NCBI GenBank assembly: GCA_965199175.1
Contig: OZ240684.1
Coordinates: 1,579,288-1,643,287, forward strand
Reading direction: 5' to 3'
DNA: 64,000 nucleotides
Source: Alphaproteobacteria bacterium
GTDB taxonomy: Bacteria > Pseudomonadota > Alphaproteobacteria > G963923945
Part shown: piece by piece, positions 28,989 to 40,024 of the stretch
How positions within the stretch are numbered: position 1 is the first letter of the stretch
Layout of the letters: every line of letters starts with the position of its first letter
Position numbers and translations under genes: made by a program
Notes under the pieces: model-generated
Seen by the model: the letters and a program-made list of their open reading frames with translations, nothing else
What the model was told of the DNA's origin: nothing
The model's database searches: none

Positions 28989-30428
28989 ATGGCTTCTCTT
29001 ATTCAGACCGATATTTGCGTTATCGGGGCCGGTTCTGGAGGTTTATCCGTTGCTGCTGCGGCGGCCCAGATGGGCGCACAGGTGACATTGATCGAAGCAG
29101 GAAAAATGGGTGGTGATTGCCTCAATACCGGCTGTGTTCCTTCTAAATCTCTTCTTGCCGCTGCTCATGCCGCCGAAACAGCCCGTGAGGCCTCCAAATT
29201 CGGGGTTGATGTAAGCGGCCTTAAGATCGATTTTGGTCGGGTGCATCAGCATGTCCATAACGTTATCGCGGCCATCGCACCTCACGATTCGGTGGAACGT
29301 TTCAGGAAATTGGGGGTCAAAGTCATTCGGAAACGTGGCCGTTTCACCAGCCGCCATGAGGTTGCCGCCGGTTCCTATCGCATCCAGGCCCGCCGATTCG
29401 TCATTGCCACGGGATCACGGGCCTTTGTGCCCCCGGTTCCGGGCTTGTCTGAAACGCCTTTCATGACCAATGAAACCATCTTTGAGCAAACAGAATGCCC
29501 AAAACATTTATTGATCATGGGGGGTGGGCCTATCGGTCTGGAAATGGCTCAGGCCCATCGCCGCCTGGGCAGCAATGTCACATTGTTTGAAATGTCGGAG
29601 ATCTTACCAAAAGATGATCCGGCTCTGGTGGCGGTCATCCGCCGCCGTCTGCTGGCTGAGGGTATCCAAATACGTGAGAAAACCAAAGTCACCGCCGTTA
29701 AAACTCTGAAAAGCAAGGGTTCTACCAGAATCCAGCTTGCGATAGAAGACGCCACCGGTAAGAGCAAAGTCACCGGTAGCCATCTTCTGGTTGCAGCCGG
29801 GCGACGCTCTAATATCGCTGATCTCGGCCTGGAAGAAGCGGGCGTGGCAACCAACCAGCGCGGGATCATAGTCGATGCCCGCCTGCGGACCAGCAATAAG
29901 AAAATTTTTGCCATTGGGGATTGCAATGGTGGACTGCAATTTACCCATATAGCCGGCTATCAGGCTGGAATCGCCATCCGGAATATCCTGTTCCGCATCC
30001 CCGCCAAAATTGACATCAGTGCCGCCCCCTGGGTCACATATACCGACCCTGAACTGGCCCATGTCGGCCTGAACGAACAACAGGCACGCGAACGCTATGG
30101 TGATCGGATCCAGGTCATCGAACGTCCCTGGACAGAAAGTGACCGGGCCCAGGCAGAGGGAGCAACCGAAGGTCTGACCAGGCTCATCGCAACACCGCGC
30201 GGCAAAGTACTGGGGGTTTCTATTGTCGGCAGCCGGGCCGGGGAACAAATTCAGGCCTGGTGTCTGGCATTATCGGCGAATCTCAAACTGAGTACCATTG
30301 CCGGAACAATCTTCCCCTACCCGACCCGAAGCGAATCGAATAAACTGATTGCCGGTCACTTTTTTACACCAAAATTATTCAGCCAGGCCACCCAACGTTT
30401 TGTCCGCTTCCTCCTCAAATTCGGATAG
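28989..30428 (+). CDS. Pyridine nucleotide-disulfide oxidoreductase, dihydrolipoamide dehydrogenase/mercuric reductase-like
   Basis: GAGSGG FAD motif, redox disulfide GGDCLNTGCVPSK, second Rossmann fold GGGPIGLE, C-terminal dimerisation domain. Commonly paired with DedA. Confidence 0.8.
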   Translation: MASLIQTDICVIGAGSGGLSVAAAAAQMGAQVTLIEAGKMGGDCLNTGCVPSKSLLAAAHAAETAREASKFGVDVSGLKIDFGRVHQHVHNVIAAIAPHDSVERFRKLGVKVIRKRGRFTSRHEVAAGSYRIQARRFVIATGSRAFVPPVPGLSETPFMTNETIFEQTECPKHLLIMGGGPIGLEMAQAHRRLGSNVTLFEMSEILPKDDPALVAVIRRRLLAEGIQIREKTKVTAVKTLKSKGSTRIQLAIEDATGKSKVTGSHLLVAAGRRSNIADLGLEEAGVATNQRGIIVDARLRTSNKKIFAIGDCNGGLQFTHIAGYQAGIAIRNILFRIPAKIDISAAPWVTYTDPELAHVGLNEQQARERYGDRIQVIERPWTESDRAQAEGATEGLTRLIATPRGKVLGVSIVGSRAGEQIQAWCLALSANLKLSTIAGTIFPYPTRSESNKLIAGHFFTPKLFSQATQRFVRFLLKFG

Positions 30429-31839
30429 TTCTGCCACCCGTTTACCGGTTTCCGGGACCGGTCTTTCGGCCCGGCTGCTCATCTTGACTCTGGTCTTTGT
30501 TATGATGAGTGAAGTGATGGTATTCCTGCCCTCAATCACCCGTTTCCGCGCACGCTATCTTGAAGAGAGTCTGGCCACCGCCCATATAGCCATTCTGTCC
30601 ACAAAGGTGATGCCAGAAGGCGTCCTTGATCAGGAACTGAAAAGACGCCTTTTAAGGCATGCCGACACCTATGCCATAGAAGAAAAGAAAGCCGGTATTG
30701 TGATACAGCAGCTTCGGCTGGACCAGCTGCCACCAATCGATGCAACGGTTACTTTACCAGGGCACCCTTTAGAGCTGATTATCGGGGCTCTGGTAACGCT
30801 GCCTCGAACCGAAAACCGCATCCTTCAGGTCACCGGTCCCTCAAAAAAGGAACCTGATTTACGTATCAGCATCATCATTGACGAAAAACCGATGCGAGAG
30901 GCCATGATCGGCTATTCGGTACGGATTCTTATCCTCTCCCTGGTGATTGCTCTTTTCACCGGTATGCTGGTGTATTTCAGCCTTCGTAAACTGATCGTCA
31001 CACCCATACAGCATTTGACCGCAAATATTCAGAATTTTCGCCAAAACCCTGAAGATCCCGACCGAATTGTCAAACCCGGTACACGTTCGGATGAAGTCGG
31101 CATCATGGAGAAAAATCTGGCCTTTATGCAACGCGATATCCGGGCATCCCTGACCCAGAAAACCCGCCTGGCCGCAATCGGTGAGGCAGTCGCCAAAGTC
31201 AACCATGATTTGCGTAATATCCTTGCCAACGCGATGCTCCAGGGCGATAAGCTGGCCCGGATCCGACATCCCCAGATGCGTGAAATCTTGCCCATTCTCT
31301 TCGAAACGATTGAGGATGCCGTCACGTTATGTCGGCGCACCCTTGATTTTGTCAGCAACCCACAAGAGCAATTTCAACCCCAGGCTGTGAATCTGCACAT
31401 ATTCATGAACGAAACCCTGACACCTTTTTTTGAACGACAGACACATGACAATTCTTCGTCAGGACACCTGAAGAAAAACCTGCGCTTTGAGAATATGATC
31501 ACAGCCGATCTATCCGTCACAGCAGATCCTCAGCAACTGTCGCGTGTGGTCCTCAATCTGGTCGAAAATTCCATAAAATCCGGAGCAGATATGATCTCGT
31601 TCCGGTCTCGCCGAACCGCAAAAAAGATCACTCTTTTTATCAGAGATAATGGCCCCGGAATACCGTCTTCGATTCGCTCTGACATTTTTCGCCCTTTTAG
31701 CCGCTCAAAAAAATCCAGAGGAACCGGCCTGGGATTGGCCATTGTCAAAGATATTATGCAGACCCATAACGGTGATATCGGTCTCAGAAGCTCCACCAAA
31801 TATGGAACCGTCTTTGCGTTGAGTTTCCCGGTTGAATAA
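30349..31839 (+). CDS. Sensor histidine kinase (orphan)
   Basis: HisKA H-box AKVNHDLRNILAN, HATPase N, G1 (DNGPGIP) and G2 (GTGLGLAIV) boxes. Start uncertain: an 80-nt overlap with the previous gene if 30349, or ATGs at 30502-30507. Confidence 0.7.
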   Translation: MPVTFLHQNYSARPPNVLSASSSNSDSSATRLPVSGTGLSARLLILTLVFVMMSEVMVFLPSITRFRARYLEESLATAHIAILSTKVMPEGVLDQELKRRLLRHADTYAIEEKKAGIVIQQLRLDQLPPIDATVTLPGHPLELIIGALVTLPRTENRILQVTGPSKKEPDLRISIIIDEKPMREAMIGYSVRILILSLVIALFTGMLVYFSLRKLIVTPIQHLTANIQNFRQNPEDPDRIVKPGTRSDEVGIMEKNLAFMQRDIRASLTQKTRLAAIGEAVAKVNHDLRNILANAMLQGDKLARIRHPQMREILPILFETIEDAVTLCRRTLDFVSNPQEQFQPQAVNLHIFMNETLTPFFERQTHDNSSSGHLKKNLRFENMITADLSVTADPQQLSRVVLNLVENSIKSGADMISFRSRRTAKKITLFIRDNGPGIPSSIRSDIFRPFSRSKKSRGTGLGLAIVKDIMQTHNGDIGLRSSTKYGTVFALSFPVE

Positions 31840-31905
31840 ATTTTCTGGTTCAGTCTGCGGTCTGACAGTCCGGTTGGCGATTCTTAAAACAGCTTCAAAG
31901 ACGCG

Positions 31906-33795
31906 TTAATCTCCCAGTGCCAGGCCCTCACGGCGCGGATCAGCCGCCCCCAATAACCGGTCATCAGGCAAAATTTGTATCGTGTGTAACCCGCTGGTCA
32001 TTGGAAAAAATACAACCTCATGCCCCCAGCCGGATAACACAGCCGCCTGGTCTTCCAATGCCTGTCCTTCCTCCAGTTCGGTGGGACCATTGCGTGACCC
32101 GATATGAGGCAACGCCATAGCTCTCTGAGGCGCAAGGCCAAAATCAAGAATACGCACCAGATGCTCTAAAACATAATTGATAATCCGGGACCCTCCCGGT
32201 GAGCCGGTGAGAAGAATCAGACGACCCTCAGCATCAAAAACCATCACCGGCGTCATAGAACTCCGGGGACGTTTCCCCGGCTCAATCCGGTTGGCCACCA
32301 TACGGCCATCTCTTTCAGGACGAAAAGAAAAATCAGTGAGCTGATTATTAAGCAAAAATCCACCCACCATCATCCGCGACCCAAAAGCACTCTCAATGCT
32401 CGACGTCATGGAAACCGCATGGCCCCGATCATCACGAATCACGAAATGGCTGGTTGAGGGCAGAGCAATGCTCTGACCATCGATGAAATGAGTCCCATCC
32501 AATCCAGACGGATGTCCTGGCTGAGCACGGCCAAGACTCCGGTCAGATTTCAAAAGAGCCGCCCGGTCGCGGAGGTACTGCTCTTCCAGAAGCCCGGCAA
32601 CCGGAACGGCAACAAAATCAGCATCAGCCAGATAACGGTCCCGGTCTGCATAGGCCAGCCGTGCTGCCTCCGTCATCCGGTGAAGGGTCGCAGGGTCAAG
32701 AACTGTGCTATCGCCCCAATCAATGGTTTCGAGAATGCCCAATGCCTGCAACAGCGTCACCCCACCTGAGGTTGGTGGTGGAAAACTACAGATTCGCCAA
32801 ACCCGGTAAGGTCGGCACAGCGGTGAGCGCATTTTGGCCTGATATTCAGCCATATCACGGCGACTGAGAAAGCCAGGATTGCGCCAGGCCGTGCGCACTG
32901 TTGTGACAATCGCATCACTCAAATCGCCCCGGTAGAACAGATCGGCCCCCTGGTCAGACAAAGACCGCAATGTATTGGCAAAGTGCCGATTGCGCAGCAG
33001 CATTCCAACCGGCACCGCCCTACCATCGGAACGGTAATACAGTGCCCGGGCCTGCGGATCGTCCCGCAAAAACGGATCTTGCTCCAATAAGCTGTTTAAC
33101 CGGGCTGTTACCCGGAATCCATCCTCAGCCAGGGAAATGGCCGGCGCAAACAAATCTGCCCAGGGCAACCGGCCATGCTGCCGATGAGCCGCATCCAATA
33201 AAGCCAGAACCCCGGGAACCCCGACCGATAACCCACCAACCACCGCATCATAAAAACCACGTGGCTGACCTTCGGAATCCAGAAAAACGGTCGGCTTGAT
33301 CGCGGCAGGAGCCGTTTCGCGACCATCATAACCATAGATGTTTTGGGTCCCGGCATCATAATACAGCAGGAAAGCACCACCGCCGATACCAGATGATTGC
33401 GGCTCAACCAAATTAAGAACAAGTTGAACAGCAATCGCCGCATCAATGGCTGATCCGCCCTGGCGCAAAATATCAAGACCGGCCTGGGTCGCCAAAGGAT
33501 TGGCTGTCACCACCATATGCCGCTGAGCCACGACCCCGTCAACAGGCATCACAGAAAGGGTATGTGCCGACTCCGGGGCTGCCCTTCCCAGATCATGATC
33601 ACCGCTCTGCCGACCACAGCCAGCCAGCAACACGCAAGCAGTCAGAAAGAACAAAAAACCCCCAAATACCCGGCAATTCAGGGGTCTTACAACCCCGCTG
33701 AGGCCCCGGATAAAAACCGTCTTTCTGTTTGGCCGTCTTCTGTTCATCCACATCAATGCGGTCATCCTGTCCTGACTGGAACAATTTTGGTTCAT
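31906..33795 (-). CDS. ggt: Gamma-glutamyltransferase
   Basis: Autoprocessing T in TSHF, lipoprotein-like signal LLAGCG, GGT family throughout. Confidence 0.85.
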   Translation of the reverse strand: MNQNCSSQDRMTALMWMNRRRPNRKTVFIRGLSGVVRPLNCRVFGGFLFFLTACVLLAGCGRQSGDHDLGRAAPESAHTLSVMPVDGVVAQRHMVVTANPLATQAGLDILRQGGSAIDAAIAVQLVLNLVEPQSSGIGGGAFLLYYDAGTQNIYGYDGRETAPAAIKPTVFLDSEGQPRGFYDAVVGGLSVGVPGVLALLDAAHRQHGRLPWADLFAPAISLAEDGFRVTARLNSLLEQDPFLRDDPQARALYYRSDGRAVPVGMLLRNRHFANTLRSLSDQGADLFYRGDLSDAIVTTVRTAWRNPGFLSRRDMAEYQAKMRSPLCRPYRVWRICSFPPPTSGGVTLLQALGILETIDWGDSTVLDPATLHRMTEAARLAYADRDRYLADADFVAVPVAGLLEEQYLRDRAALLKSDRSLGRAQPGHPSGLDGTHFIDGQSIALPSTSHFVIRDDRGHAVSMTSSIESAFGSRMMVGGFLLNNQLTDFSFRPERDGRMVANRIEPGKRPRSSMTPVMVFDAEGRLILLTGSPGGSRIINYVLEHLVRILDFGLAPQRAMALPHIGSRNGPTELEEGQALEDQAAVLSGWGHEVVFFPMTSGLHTIQILPDDRLLGAADPRREGLALGD

Positions 33796-34012
33796 TCAAA
33801 CCCTCTGATCAAGAGTGCTTGCCAAATATAAAGGGGCCAGTATAATCAGAAATGTTTTATTGCAGCGCACAATAATACCCAATTTTTAATATCCGGTTTT
33901 TGGTCTTTCAGAATAATCCCTTGACCTTTCATACTGGCATCATCCACCCGGTATCATTGATCCGGTCTTAAGATTATGCTGGTCGCTTTAGATATATATT
34001 GCATAAAATCTC

Positions 34013-34894
34013 ATGGAAATTTCTGATCGCATATCCCGCCTGTCAATCCCCGATATCCGCGCCCGTAAGGAAAACGGCGGGAAGCTGGCTTGCCTCACCG
34101 CCTATACCGCACCGATGGCACGTCTCATTGACCCCCATATTGATATCATATTGGTCGGCGATTCCTTAGGAATGGTCATTTATGGTCTGGATAATACTCT
34201 TTCTGTAACCCTGGACATGATGACCGCCCATGGTACGGCAGTCGTACGCAACACCCGACAAGCCTGTGTTGTGGTCGATATGCCCTTTGGCAGTTATCAG
34301 GAATCACCATCCATCGCTTTCCGGAATGCGGCCCGGCTGATGCGTGAAACCGGCTGCTGCGCCATTAAGATGGAAGGCGGGGTCGAGATGGCCGAAACTG
34401 TCGCTTTCCTCAGTCAGCGCCATATTCCGGTCATGGGCCATGTTGGCCTGATGCCGCAGGGAGTTTGGCAAACCGGTGGCTATCGGGCCCGGGGACAAAC
34501 CACCGATGAAGCCAACCAGATTCTTGACGATGCCCGGGCGATTGCCCGGGCCGGTGCTTTTGCGCTTGTTGTTGAAGGTGTCTGGGAGGACTGTGCCCGA
34601 CGCATAACCGAGTCCATCGATATCCCGGTGATCGGTATCGGTGCATCGCCATCCTGTGATGGCCAGATTTTAGTGAGTGAAGACATGCTGGGTCTGCATC
34701 GACAACATATACCGAAATTCGTCAGGCACTACGCTCACCTGGCCGATGATATTGAAACCTCCGTCCTCTGCTATGTCGATGATGTGCGTAAAGGCCGTTT
34801 CCCGCAAGCCGACCATTGTTTCGGGGCCACCAAAAATACCAGCGTGACCACGCCAATACGACATCAAAAAGCCACCCTTTCCCAATCTTCATAA
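34013..34894 (+). CDS. panB: 3-methyl-2-oxobutanoate hydroxymethyltransferase
   Basis: [11 protein letters not shown]...[10 protein letters not shown] motifs. Confidence 0.9.
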   Translation: MEISDRISRLSIPDIRARKENGGKLACLTAYTAPMARLIDPHIDIILVGDSLGMVIYGLDNTLSVTLDMMTAHGTAVVRNTRQACVVVDMPFGSYQESPSIAFRNAARLMRETGCCAIKMEGGVEMAETVAFLSQRHIPVMGHVGLMPQGVWQTGGYRARGQTTDEANQILDDARAIARAGAFALVVEGVWEDCARRITESIDIPVIGIGASPSCDGQILVSEDMLGLHRQHIPKFVRHYAHLADDIETSVLCYVDDVRKGRFPQADHCFGATKNTSVTTPIRHQKATLSQSS

Positions 34895-34909
34895 AAAGCC
34901 CGGAATCTC

Positions 34910-35785
34910 ATGTCTTTGAACGGCGCAATTCCAATTGCCCGTCGCATCGCTGATATGCGCGATATGGTCGCCCGGATGCGGGCTGGTGGCGGGCGCATTG
35001 CCCTGGTTCCGACAATGGGTGCTCTCCATGAGGGCCATCTGGCTTTAATCCGGCAAGCCAGACAGATTGCTGAGCATGTCGTGGTCAGTATTTTTGTCAA
35101 CCCGACTCAATTTGGCCCGGATGAAGATTACAGAAAATATCCACGTTGCGAAGAAACCGATCAACGCAGGCTGTCCTCTCTCAGGGTTGACCTCCTTTAT
35201 GCGCCAACTGTTGAAGAAATGTATCCGGAGGGTTTTTCAACAATCACCCGGGTCACAACCCTGAGCGACCCTCTTTGCGGGGAATCCCGGCCCGGACATT
35301 TTGATGGTGTCGCAACTGTGGTCACCAAATTGTTCAACCAAATACAGCCTCATAGTGCTGTTTTTGGGGAGAAAGATTATCAGCAACTCCTGGTGATTCG
35401 CCGCCTTGTTGCGGATCTTGATCTTGGAGTCACAATCGAATCGGTTCCGGTTATCCGGGAATCCGATGGTCTCGCCTTGTCTTCACGCAATGCGTATCTG
35501 ACCCCCCGGCACCGCCGTCTGGCACCGCAACTCTACCAGATCATCACGGCATTAGCCGCCACTCTTGCTGCCGGAGCAGAACCCGAGCCAGCCCGGATTG
35601 CCGCCATTGATCAACTCAGGCAAATCGGGTTTGATGCGGTGGATTATGTCGCTGTCTGCGATGCCGAAACGCTTGCTCCGGCAAGGTTACCTGGCTCTCC
35701 GGCCCGGGTTTTTGCCGCAGTCAAACTCGGCAAAACACGGTTGATCGATAACGTCCCGATTCTATCGAAACCACAGCCCGCCTGA
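34910..35785 (+). CDS. panC: Pantoate--beta-alanine ligase
   Basis: VPTMGALHEGHLAL HIGH-class motif. Confidence 0.9.
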   Translation: MSLNGAIPIARRIADMRDMVARMRAGGGRIALVPTMGALHEGHLALIRQARQIAEHVVVSIFVNPTQFGPDEDYRKYPRCEETDQRRLSSLRVDLLYAPTVEEMYPEGFSTITRVTTLSDPLCGESRPGHFDGVATVVTKLFNQIQPHSAVFGEKDYQQLLVIRRLVADLDLGVTIESVPVIRESDGLALSSRNAYLTPRHRRLAPQLYQIITALAATLAAGAEPEPARIAAIDQLRQIGFDAVDYVAVCDAETLAPARLPGSPARVFAAVKLGKTRLIDNVPILSKPQPA

Positions 35786-35854
35786 AAGCGGTGATTTCTT
35801 CAGATACGCATCTGCGACAAAACAGGCGGCAGCCGGGACCAAGGTATCCGAAAA

Positions 35855-37030
35855 TCAGCGGAGATAAATGCGGACTTCGTTGGCGTCAATCTCAGGGCTG
35901 CTTGATGCCGAAAGACTGACCTGATCTGCCGACAGCCCCATATCTGACAAAACCCGTAAAACACCCTCAGCATTGCGACGGGCACCATTGGCATCCAGCG
36001 CCATTTGGGACGGCGTATCCCGGACAGGTGAAACCGCCACCAAGTCAAATGCGGCACCCGGTTGACGCTCCAAAACCCGGCTCATTGCCGTATACAGGGC
36101 TTCCTGATAATCCACATCATCACGATCAAAGCGGATCACCACCAAAGCCTCGCGGCCACGGATCGAAGACGGTCCAAAGGATGTCAGACCGTTCAAAGGA
36201 GAACCTGATGTATGTGCAGTGGCGTCAGCCGTGATATTGGCCAGGCTGCGCCCAAGCAGATCACCGCGTTTTACCGCCAGAGAAAGTGTCGTCAAATTGC
36301 GGCGTTCACGAGACACATATTCGCTTTCTCTTTGGATATCATCGCTCAGTTCATTAAGCAGCCGTTCAACCAAAACAGCCGTCCGGTTGATATCATCAAC
36401 CAAAACATTCAACTGAACATGATCTTCCTCAATCGCCCCTGCCAGGCCGTAAGCAGCATCTGCGGATTCACCAAGAAAGCCGATCATGGCTGAATCAGCA
36501 GATACCCGGTTAGATAAGCTGTTTAAGTTAGCGATATCATTCCCGAGAAATTCCAGCAGCCGTTGGGCTTCGTTCCATTGCTGTGTCAAAATCGGGTTGC
36601 CGGGCGTGGTCCCGACCTGGAGACGTGCGTTAATGGCTGCGGTGATACCGTGATACCCGGCGGCATGCTCACCCAATAAAGAGCGTAATCGCTGAAGTTC
36701 GGTATTATGAGAAGCGATTGCCGCTTGCAAATTGGTGAGATCAGTGCGCAGCTGAACCACCCGGGACCCTGCAAATGTCCCGGTAACCGGCCCGGGAGTC
36801 GGCGGCTGAGGTGTAAAATTACCTGTGCCAAGCTGCGGTGGCGGCAACGGAGCAGGTATCTGTCCCTGCGGGGGCGGCGGAGGAGCAGAATCCATCGCGT
36901 CAGCCATCGTCTGCTCAGGCTGACCGTCGTCAGATGGCCAAAAGGTATCCTCGAAATCCTGCCAAACAGAACAACCACTTGTGAGCAAAATGACCCCGCC
37001 CATAAGGGTGACTAATCTCTTAAAGATCAT
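35855..37030 (-). CDS. Lipoprotein with Pro-rich linker, coiled-coil region and OmpA-like C-terminal peptidoglycan-binding domain
   Basis: Lipobox LLTSGC. PPPPPQGQIPAPLPPPQ linker. C-terminus VIRFDRDDVDYQEAL...ARRNAEGVLRVL...EVRIYLR fits the OmpA_C pattern. Confidence 0.5.
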   Translation of the reverse strand: MIFKRLVTLMGGVILLTSGCSVWQDFEDTFWPSDDGQPEQTMADAMDSAPPPPPQGQIPAPLPPPQLGTGNFTPQPPTPGPVTGTFAGSRVVQLRTDLTNLQAAIASHNTELQRLRSLLGEHAAGYHGITAAINARLQVGTTPGNPILTQQWNEAQRLLEFLGNDIANLNSLSNRVSADSAMIGFLGESADAAYGLAGAIEEDHVQLNVLVDDINRTAVLVERLLNELSDDIQRESEYVSRERRNLTTLSLAVKRGDLLGRSLANITADATAHTSGSPLNGLTSFGPSSIRGREALVVIRFDRDDVDYQEALYTAMSRVLERQPGAAFDLVAVSPVRDTPSQMALDANGARRNAEGVLRVLSDMGLSADQVSLSASSSPEIDANEVRIYLR

Positions 37031-37194
37031 TGGACAATCAAACCCTTACTTAAAAAAATTCTCTAACGTTCTCTCTAACTTGTAAGTCTTTCAGAAAATT
37101 CTCTAATGTTTCAGAGCATTTCCCGGAAACAGCACCCACCACGCTATTCGGAAAGCATTTTCCGAATGCTGGCTGTGATTGTCAAATGCTGTAT

Positions 37195-37350
37195 CGTTTT
37201 TGTTATCTTTTTTATTCCTGTTATCTTTATCTTTTACCTTTAATCTTTTACCTTTACCCGTACCGTCCCTGCTGACTTTAACGTTATTTTCACCATTTTT
37301 AACGATTTTCACCATCTTTAACGTTATTTTTACGATCTTTGTTATCTTGA
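37195..37350. repeat. T-rich tandem repeat block (tttaacgWtttttcaccat-type, about 4 copies, plus ttatcttt variants)
   Basis: Produces the spurious low-complexity ORF 37179-37388. Confidence 0.6.
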
Positions 37351-37668
37351 GCGTCTCTGTTCTCTTCGGGTGCTTTTGTTACCCTTAGTTGATGCAAGAG
37401 CCAAAAAACAACGGAAAACCGGGAAATTTTTTTCAAAATCAGCATGTTTCCCCCCGCCGATCCTCCCATCAGGGAATCAACACCCCTACCAGTCTACCCA
37501 AAGGATCTATCCCGGACAAGCAGGTTTCTCAACAAAATAATATTTTATGCCTTTTCTTGCAAACTGGCCATACCTGGCTTAGGTTCCCGTAACGTCACAC
37601 AAGCGTGGAGAATGATACAAAATACAGAGCAGAATACGCATACAGTATGAATACGCATACAGTATATA

Positions 37669-37745
<77 letters not shown>

Positions 37746-37794
37746 CTTCTCCCCGATTTTAATCGGCTTTGCCAGTTTAATCAGTCTTACGAGT

Positions 37795-38100
37795 TTAATC
37801 GGTTTTATCAGCCGATGAACCAGACCATTCCAATTTAAGATTCTCCTGCCAGCCAAAACGGATCATGTGATCCTCAACAATGCTTTTAACGCAATCCAGG
37901 CCCTTCCGGGTTTCAGAAGAACATGTCAGGGTCAGGATATTGTCCCCGACAGACATGATACAAATTCCCATGTCGAAGCGTGCCTGACCCCCGGACTGAT
38001 CCCATTCCACAGGAATCTTATGGGCAAAATGCTTGCAGAGCTGAGCCAGATAGCGCTGTGCTTTTTGGCTTGATACTTTTGCTTCCGATTGGAATTTCAT
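37795..38100 (-). CDS. DUF2218-like small protein, last gene of the uptake operon
   Basis: 101 aa. Assignment by general resemblance and position after the ABC ATPase; low confidence. Confidence 0.4.
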   Translation of the reverse strand: MKFQSEAKVSSQKAQRYLAQLCKHFAHKIPVEWDQSGGQARFDMGICIMSVGDNILTLTCSSETRKGLDCVKSIVEDHMIRFGWQENLKLEWSGSSADKTD

Positions 38101-38202
38101 TCTGTTTGGTGGCGTTTCTGGCTCAAAAAAATCTGATCCATATTGAACAATACATGCGGGGAAAGCCCCGGAACCGAAAGCTGAAGAGTGATTTTGATTT
38201 CA

Positions 38203-38988
38203 TCAGATTGGGTTCTCTGATGGTGGATCAGCAAGGATAACAGCCCGCCCGTCACTCAGATGCTCAACCCGTGCCTGAATATCATAAGCCTGAGTCAATA
38301 GGTCACGATTGATCACATCATGAGGTGGCCCAATGTCCAGTATGCTTCCCTTATCAAGGATAATGACTTCATCACACAGACCAAATGCGAGATTGATATC
38401 ATGAATTGCCACCAAAGCCACAGCCGTATTCCGGCAAACATCGCGAACAGCATGCAGGACTTCAAGCTGCCAACGAAGATCAAGTGCACTTGTTGGTTCG
38501 TCCAATAACAGTAAAGGCGACCGGCGGGCAAGTGCCACAGATACACCCAGCAACTGCCTTTTTCCGCCTGAAAGCTCATTGATTGGCCTTAAGGCGTACT
38601 CTTGCAGACCAAACCGCTTGAGAGATGTTTCAATTTGATGTTCAAGGGTTGCTGTATCAAGCAAAGAATCAGCCATACGCAACGCTCCGGTCGCCAGCTC
38701 CCAGACCAGTAATCTGGAGGATTGAGGCGGGGATTGAGGCAAATAACCGATTAATTTTGTCCGTTGATTTTCCGAAATGCCCGCCAGGTCAACACCATCA
38801 AAAGCGACCCGCCCTTTGGAGGGGATAAACCCTCTGATTGCTTTCAACAACGTTGATTTTCCAACCGCATTCCGGCCCAGCAACCCAATCAGCTTACCGC
38901 GACCAGTCGCTGGAAAACTGATATCCTATAAGATCCTGGTGTCACCATACGCAACCTGTAAGCCGGTTATTTCCAGACCACTGCTCAT
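38203..38988 (-). pseudogene. FecE/BtuD-type ABC transporter ATP-binding protein interrupted by a single in-frame TAG
   Basis: ATG at 38986-38988 overlaps the permease stop (ATGA) and gives MSSGLEITGLQVAYGDTRIL, then TAG (38926-38928), then in the same frame DISFPATGRGKLIGLLGRNAVGKST (Walker A) and LSGGKRQLL, LLLLDEP. Aligns position by position to FecE with the TAG in place of one residue. The track reports only the TTG-initiated remainder, 38203-38883. Confidence 0.6.
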
Positions 38989-40022
38989 CCGGGTCTCCGC
39001 TGAAGGATAACCAGGGTCAGAAAAATCGGTAACCCCAGCAATGTGGTCACAATCCCTACCGGAATGATGATTCCCGGTACAATACTTTTGGATGCAACTG
39101 AAGCCAGCGAAAGCAAAAATGCCCCGGTGACCACCGCACCAGGCAAAGAATAACGGTGGTTTTCTCCAAACAGCAACCGCGCAATATGCGGACCAACCAA
39201 ACCAATAAATCCAATCGGTCCGACAAAAGAAACCGCAACTGCCGTCAAAAGGCTTGCCCGGAACAATGCCATCCGCCGAAACCGTCCAACCGAAAGCCCG
39301 AAGCTGGCCGCTTGTTCTTCGCCACCACGCAATACAGTCATCGACCAGGCCGCACCCATCGCAAACGGCGCAATAACACAAAATGTAGCGATAACAACAA
39401 GAGATTGAGCCAATGTCGCCCGACTCAGAATACCCATATGCCAAAAGACAGTCCTTTGAATCGCTGTCGCATCAGCAATGAACTGGAGAATCGCGATCAG
39501 AGCACTACACAAAAATACCAGAGCTATTCCAAACAAGATCACCGTTTCCGCCCGGGCACCGAAAATCTGAGAAACAAGCTGGATACCAAGGCCAGCCAGA
39601 CCCGCACCGATAAAAGCACTGAGCGGTAAAATAAGTGTGGGCGCAAAACCAATCTGATCAAGGCCAAAAACAATGCTGAGAACAGCACCAAGCATGGCCG
39701 CCCATGAAATCCCCAGGGTATAAGGGCTGGCAAGCGGATTGTTCAGGACTGTCTGCATCTCTGCACCAGCTAAACCCAGACATGCCCCTACACCAAGAGC
39801 AATCAATGCAGCCGGCATTCTAACCTCAAAAAGAACAACCCGCTCTGCTGTTGACAACAAACCGGGATTCATCAGTCCGGTTAGAATCTTTTTCATCGAT
39901 AAATCAGACGGACCAACCGCCAAATCAAATATCAGGGATAGAGCGGTTACCAGAATCAAACCAATAATCAGCACCAACCGACGCTGATCAATACGGTGAT
40001 ATAACACCCCGATATCCGTCAT
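38985..40022 (-). CDS. FecCD-family iron-siderophore/cobalamin ABC permease
   Basis: 345 aa with about 9 transmembrane segments, BtuC/FecD-like. Confidence 0.85.
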   Translation of the reverse strand: MTDIGVLYHRIDQRRLVLIIGLILVTALSLIFDLAVGPSDLSMKKILTGLMNPGLLSTAERVVLFEVRMPAALIALGVGACLGLAGAEMQTVLNNPLASPYTLGISWAAMLGAVLSIVFGLDQIGFAPTLILPLSAFIGAGLAGLGIQLVSQIFGARAETVILFGIALVFLCSALIAILQFIADATAIQRTVFWHMGILSRATLAQSLVVIATFCVIAPFAMGAAWSMTVLRGGEEQAASFGLSVGRFRRMALFRASLLTAVAVSFVGPIGFIGLVGPHIARLLFGENHRYSLPGAVVTGAFLLSLASVASKSIVPGIIIPVGIVTTLLGLPIFLTLVILQRRPG

Positions 40023-40024
40023 CC

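Noticed and set aside
29604-30248. 214-aa minus-strand ORF, plus 29549-29926
   Set aside because: Antisense to the dihydrolipoamide dehydrogenase-like gene, which has clear FAD and disulfide motifs.
37179-37388. 69-aa ORF composed of L/F/S/T runs
   Set aside because: Translation of the T-rich tandem repeat block at 37195-37350; a low-complexity artefact.
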